Virus record (IMG/VR): IMGVR_UViG_3300032083_002454
Span: 1 to 26,229 of that record
Source of the DNA: a virus
Lineage: Duplodnaviria > Caudoviricetes
Length of the DNA stretch: 26,229 nucleotides
Direction: 5' to 3' (one strand)
In this document: positions 1-6,462 of the stretch, piece after piece
How the letters are laid out: each line of letters opens with the position of its first letter
Position numbering within the stretch: the first letter of the stretch is position 1
Program-made: the position numbers and the translations under genes
The notes under the pieces: model-generated
What the model was told of the DNA's origin: nothing
Database searches by the model: none
Seen by the model: the letters and a program-made list of their open reading frames with translations, nothing else

Positions 1-19
1 TTTGATGGGGATGCTAACA

Positions 20-223
20 ATGGATAAGGCCGATATCGCGAACGATTACATTGAGTGGCGTACTGAGCAGGCGCTGAAGGCTCGCCAGCAGTGCGCGCCT
101 TCTTCGCTTTCCAGCCGTGCGGTTTGCAAGCAGTGTGATGAGCCGATCCCAGCGGCGCGGCGTGATGCGCTGCCGGGAGTGCAGTTTTGTGTGCAGTGTC
201 AGTCGATGATGGAGGGGCGGTGA
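20..223 (+). CDS. TraR/DksA C4-type zinc finger protein
   Basis: MDKADIAND N-terminus, CKQC-x-PIPAARRDALPGVQFCVQCQ C4 finger. Start moved to ATG 20. Confidence 0.9.
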   Translation: MDKADIANDYIEWRTEQALKARQQCAPSSLSSRAVCKQCDEPIPAARRDALPGVQFCVQCQSMMEGR

Positions 224-1248
224 TGGATTTACTCTCTATTGATGAACTGCGCCTGGCGTTAACGCATATCCCCGCCGATGACCGTGATACCTGGGTGAAC
301 ATCGGCAATGCCGTCAAAACCGAATACGGTGATGACGGCTTTTTTGCGTGGGATGAATGGAGCCAGGGTGGTGATAGCTACAATGCGAAGGATGCGCAGA
401 GTGTTTGGAAAAGCTTGCAGCCTGGTCACGTGCGTTTGGGCACTATCATCAAACTAGCGGGTCAGCATGGCTGGAAGCGTGAGCGTAAGGAGATGAGCGC
501 TGGCGATCGGAAGCGGTTGAAGGCTGAGCAGGAAGAGCGCCGCCGTAAAGCAGCGGAAAGCGTTGAGGCCGACAAGGCAAAGCTGGCGAGAATGCAGCAG
601 GCAGTTTCGCGGGCTTGTCAGTTGGTCATGGAACGCCACTTAACCACTGAGGGGTCGGCGCCGTATCTAACCGATAAAGGCGTGGGTGCCCATGGCGTGC
701 TGTTCGTTAAGCGGGCGGTGCTGGTCAGCATTGATGCGAAGGTGGAAGCCGCCAGCGTGTGGGTAGGCAGTGAGGTGAAAGATTTCTTTGATCAATTGCC
801 CAAGCCGCGCCCTGAGCATTTGCATCTGTTTCGACTGCGTGAAGGTGACGCGATCTTGCCACTTTATGATGGCGGCGGTGTGCTGTGGTCGCTGCAGGTG
901 ATTAATTCAAAAGGCACCAAGCTTTTTCCTAAGTTTGGACGTAAGAGTGGTTGCTGGCATCGGATTGCTTGGCAAGAGCAGCCCACCGTGATCGGCGTGG
1001 TGGAAGGGTATGCCACAGGTGCTAGCGTGCATGAAGCAATGGAGTGGCCGATGGCGGTTGCGCTGGATGCTGGTAACCTTGCGCGGGTGGTGCCTCAGTT
1101 GCGGGATCTTTATCCGCATGCTGAGCTGGTGATCTGCGGTGATGATGACGTGGATACTGAGGGCAACCCTGGCAGAACCAAGGCTGAGGCGCTGGCGTTT
1201 GAGTATGGCTGCCGTGCGGTATTCGCTGAGCTTGGCGAGGTGGCCTGA
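223..1248 (+). CDS. Primase subunit: N-terminal PriCT-2-like domain plus Toprim domain
   Basis: DRDTWVNIGNAVK...WDEWSQGGDSY...WKS is PriCT-2-like. EGYATGAS, ALDAGNL and ICGDDD are Toprim motifs of P4-alpha/TraC-like primases. ATG 223 overlaps the upstream TGA, with GGAGG SD. Confidence 0.85.
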   Translation: MDLLSIDELRLALTHIPADDRDTWVNIGNAVKTEYGDDGFFAWDEWSQGGDSYNAKDAQSVWKSLQPGHVRLGTIIKLAGQHGWKRERKEMSAGDRKRLKAEQEERRRKAAESVEADKAKLARMQQAVSRACQLVMERHLTTEGSAPYLTDKGVGAHGVLFVKRAVLVSIDAKVEAASVWVGSEVKDFFDQLPKPRPEHLHLFRLREGDAILPLYDGGGVLWSLQVINSKGTKLFPKFGRKSGCWHRIAWQEQPTVIGVVEGYATGASVHEAMEWPMAVALDAGNLARVVPQLRDLYPHAELVICGDDDVDTEGNPGRTKAEALAFEYGCRAVFAELGEVA

Positions 1249-2963
1249 TGCCGGATTGGAATGATCTTCATGTTGCCCGTGGTCTTTGGGCTGTTCGTGA
1301 CCAAATTAATGCGCAGTTGGCTAACGCCGCCAATGACGAAGAACTCCCCCCGGCCCCCTCTGAATGGCAGCCCCCGGCGCCGCCGATGGCTGCTGCACCT
1401 ACGGGGGGCGTGGGGGAGGGCCAAGAGTGGACTGATGAGAGTGTTCACCGGCGCTTTGCATTGCTTGAAGGTGAGAAGCAAGTCTTCGATTTAGTCAAAC
1501 GCCGGCTGATCAAGTGGGGTGCGTTTGAGGCGTACGTTGGTAAGTCTTTAGCTAAGGCGTGGGTAGATCGGCACGATAAGAAGCTGATTGACCCGGATCA
1601 GGCAAGGCACCAGGTGGCGGAAGCTAAGCTGGCAGGTAAACAGAAAGGCGGGCAGGGCAAGCTGGGTATGGCACCCACTGACCGTTACGTGTATTTAGAC
1701 GGTACCCAGGAGATCTGGGATAGGCAGTTAAAGCAGCGGTTGCCCGCTCGTGCTGTGCAGTTGGCGTTGGGTGATGCGTGGTCGCTGTGGATCAACTCGC
1801 CTGAGCGTCGCCAGATTCCCCATGATTGCCTGATCTTTGACCCGCGCATGACGCAGAGCCCGGGCGAGTACATCAATACGTTTGAGGGCTTGCCGCTAGA
1901 GCCGATCGCAGAGCCGCAGCGGTGTAAATCCATTCAATATTTGATTCAGTGGCTGTGCAGTAACAATGCTGCGGCCACGCATTGGCTGACCTGCTGGTTG
2001 GCTTACCCGCTGCAGAATTTGGGCGCTAAGCTGGATACTGCAGTATTGGCCCACTCAACGATCGAGGGCTCGGGTAAGTCGTTGCTGCTTTCGGATGTGA
2101 TGGGTGCGATCTATGGCATGTACTCAGCCACGGTTGGCCAGGCGCAGCTTGAGATGAACTGGAACCAGTGGCAGGAAAGCAAGTTGTATGGCGTATTTGA
2201 GGAGGTGGTCAGCCGCGACCAGCGTTATAACCAGGTGGGCAAGATCAAGCATATGGTCACCGGTAAGACGATGCGCGTGGAGGCTAAGTTCATGAACGGT
2301 TGGGAACAGGCCAACTATATGAACGCGGCGTTCCTCTCCAATGAGATTATGCCGTGGCCGATCAGTGAGCACGATAGGCGCATGCTGGTGATCTGGCCTG
2401 AAAAGACACTACCCCCTGAAGCCAGTCAAGCCGTAGGTAAGGAGCTGGTGAACGGTGGCATTGAGACGTTTTATCATTACCTGCTGAACTATGACACCGG
2501 CACCTTTGATGAACGCACTCGGCCACCCAAGACACCGGCACGCGAGCGGCTTGTAGCCTTGAGCCGTGCGAGCTGGGAGAACTTCCTGGTGGCTTGGCGG
2601 GAGGGCATATTAGGGGTTCCCTTTACGGTAGCCAGGACGCAGGATGTGCACGATCTCTATCTGGAGTGGTGCAGTAAGAACCGTGAGCACACGATGAGTG
2701 AGACTAAGTTCTCGCTGTTCGTTAGCACTCAGGTGCCTAAAACGGATAAGCAGTATTGGTGGTACGACATGGACAACAATCGGAAGCGGTCTATCTTCTT
2801 CCTCCCCGACCCACCAGATGGGGTAGACCTCGGCGACGGTAAGAAGCTGGGTGCGCTGGTTAAGGCGTTTAGAGACCAGGCGTTAGAAGCGGGCTGGAAC
2901 CCTGCGACGTGGGACAAGTGCCAGGGGTGGATCAAGCCCTATGGCGGCTCGCCGCTCGATTAG
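1248..2963 (+). CDS. Primase-associated SF3 helicase (DUF5906/D5-like NTPase)
   Basis: Walker A EGSGKS, Walker B YGVFEE, motif C FLSN, likely C-terminal winged helix (DVHDLYLEWC). SD GAGGTG at 1237-1242. Confidence 0.85.
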   Translation: MPDWNDLHVARGLWAVRDQINAQLANAANDEELPPAPSEWQPPAPPMAAAPTGGVGEGQEWTDESVHRRFALLEGEKQVFDLVKRRLIKWGAFEAYVGKSLAKAWVDRHDKKLIDPDQARHQVAEAKLAGKQKGGQGKLGMAPTDRYVYLDGTQEIWDRQLKQRLPARAVQLALGDAWSLWINSPERRQIPHDCLIFDPRMTQSPGEYINTFEGLPLEPIAEPQRCKSIQYLIQWLCSNNAAATHWLTCWLAYPLQNLGAKLDTAVLAHSTIEGSGKSLLLSDVMGAIYGMYSATVGQAQLEMNWNQWQESKLYGVFEEVVSRDQRYNQVGKIKHMVTGKTMRVEAKFMNGWEQANYMNAAFLSNEIMPWPISEHDRRMLVIWPEKTLPPEASQAVGKELVNGGIETFYHYLLNYDTGTFDERTRPPKTPARERLVALSRASWENFLVAWREGILGVPFTVARTQDVHDLYLEWCSKNREHTMSETKFSLFVSTQVPKTDKQYWWYDMDNNRKRSIFFLPDPPDGVDLGDGKKLGALVKAFRDQALEAGWNPATWDKCQGWIKPYGGSPLD

Positions 2964-3261
2964 TGTCTAGGGTTGCTAGGGTGTGTCTAGGGTCAATACT
3001 GCCAGGGGTAGACAATGAAAGCCAATATAAAACAAATGGTTATCCATACCTGTCTAGGGTGTCTAGGGTTGTACGCGCCCGCGCGCGTGTACGTGCGTGA
3101 TTATATAAGCAGTTATCCACAACACCTTTTAAATTTCCCCCCTATAAGGGAATAACCCTAGACACCCTAGACACCCTAGACAGTATTAAATAAATAGTTG
3201 TTATCAATAAGATTTTAAGTGTCTAGGGTATGTCTAGGGTTGAGGTGATTTGATCTAGGGT
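2963..3261. repeat. Iteron cluster (GTCTAGGGT direct and inverted copies), putative phage replication origin
   Basis: About 11 full or partial copies: direct near 2965, 2976, 2985, 3052, 3061, 3221, 3232, 3254; inverted ACCCTAGAC x3 at 3155-3181. AT-rich spacers. Lies directly after the primase-helicase. Confidence 0.8.
3113..3121 (+). promoter_or_regulatory. Perfect DnaA box TTATCCACA
   Basis: Exact match to the E. coli R1/R4 consensus inside the iteron region. A one-mismatch copy TTATCCATA is at 3040-3048. Confidence 0.55.
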
Positions 3262-3291
3262 TGAGAAGTGCCACCACCACGGAGCAAACCA

Positions 3292-3669
3292 ATGATTAAA
3301 GAGATCGACGAACTGCTGCAGCATTGGGCCGATCAGTTGATGGGCCGGGGAATGCGTCAATGCTCTCCTCTGGGACGCCTTGCCGAGTTTGGCGGTGTGA
3401 TGCCTAGCGGTGGCCCTAAGGGCTCGCGTGATCTGCTGAGCATCGGTGATATGGATGATGCGGCATGGGAAATGCAGAAAGCGGTTAATTGCTTGAACGC
3501 TGAGTACCAGGTGCTGGCACACGAGCACTATCTGTGGAATGGGTATAACGATGCGAAAGGTGAGCGCTTGGGGATGGCTGAGAGCACCTACTATGACCGC
3601 CTGCACCGCATGCACTATGAGCTTAAGTACACGCTTAAAGAGAATCACAAGCGCTATAAGCGTGCCTGA
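3292..3669 (+). CDS. Q-like late-gene regulator/antiterminator (PA0613-like)
   Basis: MIKEIDELLQHW N-terminus and C-terminal sigma4-like HTH (KGERLGMAESTYYDRLHRMH). Located just before the lysis cassette. SD GGAG at 3281. Confidence 0.7.
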   Translation: MIKEIDELLQHWADQLMGRGMRQCSPLGRLAEFGGVMPSGGPKGSRDLLSIGDMDDAAWEMQKAVNCLNAEYQVLAHEHYLWNGYNDAKGERLGMAESTYYDRLHRMHYELKYTLKENHKRYKRA

Positions 3670-3736
3670 CACCCACTTATGTCTGTATGACGCCAGGACG
3701 AACACGTGACATTGAGGGTTTGGCATTACCAACCCC

Positions 3737-3765
3737 TTGATGCCACCGGAGTCGAGGCTCATTAT
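3737..3765 (+). promoter_or_regulatory. Candidate late promoter (pR'-like)
   Basis: TTGATG-17 nt-CATTAT between the Q-like gene and the first terminator. Confidence 0.4.
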
Positions 3766-3796
3766 TCAGCTACCGTCTAGTAATTGCGCCACCTAG

Positions 3797-3828
3797 AAGC
3801 CCCAGCCTAACCGCTGGGGCTTTTTGTT
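3797..3828 (+). terminator. Intrinsic terminator 1 (tR'-like)
   Basis: AAGCCCCAGC-ctaacc-GCTGGGGCTT followed by TTTGTT. Confidence 0.8.
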
Positions 3829-3867
3829 GGGCGCTAGACAACCAGTGCTCCCGTCCGTGGTGGGCGG

Positions 3868-3907
3868 TGCCTCGCATAGCTTCGGTTATGCGGGGCATTT
3901 TAATTTT
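3868..3907 (+). terminator. Intrinsic terminator 2 with cUUCGg tetraloop
   Basis: TGCCTCGCATAGC-TTCG-GTTATGCGGGGCA (13 bp, two G-U pairs) followed by TTTTAATTTT, immediately before the endolysin SD. Confidence 0.7.
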
Positions 3908-3919
3908 GGAGGTAGGCCA

Positions 3920-4498
3920 ATGGGCATGCGGTGGATTGATCACGTTAACGCGGTGCCCCAACGGCCACCTCAAAGCACAACGGTAATGCTCTCTGCTGGG
4001 CATAGCGACACGGTGCCGGGGATCGTAGCGAACGGCTACAAAGAGGCCGATATCGTTCAACTGTTCCGTGATGACGTTAGCGATCGGCTGAAGCACCTAG
4101 GCATCAAGCATGCGCTAGATGGTGAGCCGGGTGAGAACCTGCCGTTACGTGATGCAGTGCAGATCGCTAAGGGCTTCGAGATTGCAATTGAATTCCATAC
4201 CAACGGTGGGGGCCATGGTGCAACCGGCGTGGAGACATTATCCCGCGCTCATAACAAGCCGCTGGGTGCTGAGCTTTGCCGTGTGACGGCTGACCTGTTG
4301 GGCATTGCTAACCGTGGTGCTAAGCCTGAGAACGCTGGGTACCACGAACGGTTGGCGTTCGTTAGCGGCGGCGGGGGCCTTATCTTCGAGTTGTTCTTTC
4401 TATCCAACGCTGACGATCTCCGCCGGTTTAAAGATAACTACCAGGCGTTAGTCGATGCGGTGGCAGATGTGATCGCGGACGCGGCGCGGGCGGCGTGA
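3920..4498 (+). CDS. Endolysin, N-acetylmuramoyl-L-alanine amidase (Amidase_3 family)
   Basis: Zn/catalytic motifs SAGH, KEAD, EFHTN, IFELFFLSN. SD GGAGGT before ATG 3920. The longer ORF start runs through terminators and is unlikely. Confidence 0.88.
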   Translation: MGMRWIDHVNAVPQRPPQSTTVMLSAGHSDTVPGIVANGYKEADIVQLFRDDVSDRLKHLGIKHALDGEPGENLPLRDAVQIAKGFEIAIEFHTNGGGHGATGVETLSRAHNKPLGAELCRVTADLLGIANRGAKPENAGYHERLAFVSGGGGLIFELFFLSNADDLRRFKDNYQALVDAVADVIADAARAA

Positions 4499-4523
4499 CA
4501 TTCATTAAACAAAGAGTCTACCC

Positions 4524-4847
4524 ATGCAGGAACGCGATCCTACTTTGTGGCAACAGGTGCTGACGTACATTGCGCTGGTTTGGCCCCAGATTTATGCAGG
4601 AGGGCTGGCGTTCGTCGTGGCTCTTATTCGTGGTCTGCATGCAGGCAATAAGGCAAGGCAGTCTTGGTTAGAGGCCATATTGTGCGGTTGCCTCACGTTT
4701 GGGCTGTTTCCTGTTCTGCACTATCTGGGGCTGCCTGGCGGGTTGGCTGCATCTATCGGTGCCATCATCGCTTTTAAAGGCACTGAGTGGTTCGGCGATC
4801 GTGCGGATGAACTCTACGAAAAGCTGGTTGGCAGGTGGCTGAAATGA
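4524..4847 (+). CDS. Holin, lambda S-like family
   Basis: 107 aa, about three hydrophobic segments, LEAILCG motif, charged C-terminus, in lysis cassette. Confidence 0.85.
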   Translation: MQERDPTLWQQVLTYIALVWPQIYAGGLAFVVALIRGLHAGNKARQSWLEAILCGCLTFGLFPVLHYLGLPGGLAASIGAIIAFKGTEWFGDRADELYEKLVGRWLK

Positions 4848-5275
4848 TCAAGCGCATTCTGGGAAACCTATCCGGTTGGATGGTCGCCGGGCTGTTAGGC
4901 ATCACGATCTTTGCTGGTATGCAGGCTCGAAATTATGCGATGCAGCTATCGGCCACCGAGAGCGAGTTGGCTCGGGCTCACGATCAGGTAGAGATCTTGC
5001 AGGAACACCAGCGCTGGCAGCGTGAGCAGATGGAGACATTGAGCGCTGTGCTGGCAACCCGAGACAAGCAGCTGCGGCGAGACAATGAACTGGTCGGCAT
5101 GATGCGCGACACGGCACGGCAACTGGAGAGAGACGATGCGCCGACTAGCGACTGGGCTGGGCAGCCTGTGCCTGATGCTGTTAGCAGCTGGGTGCTCGAC
5201 CTCCCCGAAGACGGTGACAGTTCCGGTGCTAGTGATGCCGGAAGTGCCAGCGCATCTAGTGACGCCACTCAGTGA
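4844..5275 (+). CDS. Inner-membrane spanin (Rz/LysB-like)
   Basis: N-terminal TM helix, coiled-coil periplasmic region, WAGQPVPDAV motif. ATGA overlap with the holin stop. Confidence 0.8.
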   Translation: MIKRILGNLSGWMVAGLLGITIFAGMQARNYAMQLSATESELARAHDQVEILQEHQRWQREQMETLSAVLATRDKQLRRDNELVGMMRDTARQLERDDAPTSDWAGQPVPDAVSSWVLDLPEDGDSSGASDAGSASASSDATQ

Positions 5276-5414
5276 GCCGGTTCGCCGTGTGTCGCATAAC
5301 CGCGATCTACTCCAATTGCTCGCTGACTATGAGTCACTGCGCAGGCGGGCCAATGCTGACCGGGCATCGGTCTACCAGCTGTTCCTCAAGCCGGGTTCGG
5401 CTGGTGAGCAGTGA
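5136..5414 (+). CDS. Outer-membrane spanin lipoprotein (Rz1-like)
   Basis: Signal peptide with lipobox LAAG-C, Pro-rich mature N-terminus, overlaps the i-spanin 3' end in another frame. Confidence 0.85.
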   Translation: MRRLATGLGSLCLMLLAAGCSTSPKTVTVPVLVMPEVPAHLVTPLSEPVRRVSHNRDLLQLLADYESLRRRANADRASVYQLFLKPGSAGEQ

Positions 5415-5731
5415 GTAACTACGACAAGCAGCGTGGCTCATCGACTCAACGTGGTTATGGCTACAAGTGGCAGAAAGCGCGTGAAGAGTATCTGCGCGAA
5501 CATCCACTATGCGTGTTCTGCCAACGCCGCGGCAGGGTAACGGCGGCTACGGTTGTTGACCATATCGTGCCACATAAGGGCGACCTCAAGCTGTTCTGGC
5601 GACGTTCGAACTGGCAGAGCCTGTGCAAGCCGTGCCATGACATCGACAAGCAGCGTTTAGAGAAGGGTGGCGCGCTGCCTGGCTGCGATGCAGATGGTCA
5701 GCCCCTCGACCCGCACCACCACTGGGCTTAA
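5411..5731 (+). CDS. HNH endonuclease (HK97 gp74-like terminase cofactor)
   Basis: RGYGYKWQKAR, HPLCVFC, VVDHIVPHKGD, NWQSLCKPCH. Directly upstream of terS. Confidence 0.92.
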   Translation: MSNYDKQRGSSTQRGYGYKWQKAREEYLREHPLCVFCQRRGRVTAATVVDHIVPHKGDLKLFWRRSNWQSLCKPCHDIDKQRLEKGGALPGCDADGQPLDPHHHWA

Positions 5732-5781
5732 GCCCGGTTTTCGGCCCAAAATGATCGAAATGATAGCTTTTCTCATTTTTA

Positions 5782-5885
5782 AGAGGGGGCGGGTCGAAAG
5801 TTCAGGGCTTTTCGGCTCTAGACCGTTCCCCCATCGCTTCTTGTTCAAGCGGGAAAAATGGGAGGGGGGTATATCGGTGTGGGGG
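5782..5885. other. Putative cos packaging region
   Basis: Non-coding gap between HNH and terS with GGGGGCGGGTCGAAAG...AGACCGTTCCCCCA...GGGAAAAATGGGAGGGGGG. This position is typical for 3'-overhang cos phages. Confidence 0.6.
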
Positions 5886-5946
5886 TATCTGAAGCCTAGC
5901 ATTTCATCGGTTTAATGCCGACCAATTTCAATTTCTGGAGGTTCCC

Positions 5947-6462
5947 ATGGCTGGCAATAAGAACTCCGGACGCCGCCCGCTGCCAGGGAACGTCCATATG
6001 CTTCGCGGCAATCCGAGTAAGAAAGGCGCGCACGATCTGCAAGACGGTGGCAACGCTCCCCAGTTAAAAGTTGAAGCGCCGCCATGCCCCGCGTTTTTGA
6101 CCAAAGACGCCAAGGCAGAGTGGCGACGCATCGTTAAAGACCTCGAAATCCTGGGGCTAATCACCAAGGTCGACCGCGCTGAACTGGCTGTTTACTGCCA
6201 GGCGTGGGGCGATTGGAAGGTAGCCCGCGAGAAAATCACCGAGATGGAAGACCGCGGCATGGTCGAAGTGACCCCCAGCGGCTACAAGCAGATGAGCGCC
6301 TGGATGCAGTTGGCCAACCGCGCTGAAGAACGCATGCGCAAAGCGGGCGATTCGTTCGGCTTGAACCCCAGCGCCCGGGCCAAACTCGGTACCGGACAAG
6401 TGAATCAAGGAGAGTTGTTCCCCAATGAGCAAAAAGAAACCGCCGCCAAATACGGTCTGTGA
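5947..6462 (+). CDS. terS: Terminase small subunit, P27 family
   Basis: GRRPLP...LRGNPSK, AKAEWRRI, LAVYCQAW, FGLNPSARAKL. SD GGAGG. Confidence 0.93.
   Translation: MAGNKNSGRRPLPGNVHMLRGNPSKKGAHDLQDGGNAPQLKVEAPPCPAFLTKDAKAEWRRIVKDLEILGLITKVDRAELAVYCQAWGDWKVAREKITEMEDRGMVEVTPSGYKQMSAWMQLANRAEERMRKAGDSFGLNPSARAKLGTGQVNQGELFPNEQKETAAKYGL

Noticed and set aside
3223-3762. 179-aa minus-strand ORF and 63-aa ORF 2909-3100
   Set aside because: The first is an antisense shadow of the Q-like gene. The second is a translation of the iterons (SRVSRV).
3824-3919. N-terminal extensions given by the ORF track (endolysin from 3824; similarly 187, 15240, 24245)
   Set aside because: They run through terminators or upstream genes. 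Downstream ATGs have clear SD sequences or stop-start coupling.
5411-5731. HNH as a mobile homing endonuclease or defence nuclease
   Set aside because: Size, motifs and position next to cos/terS match the gp74-type packaging cofactor.
5850-5886. G-quadruplex in the G-rich cos region
   Set aside because: G runs are present but are adequately explained as terminase-recognition sequence. No independent support.
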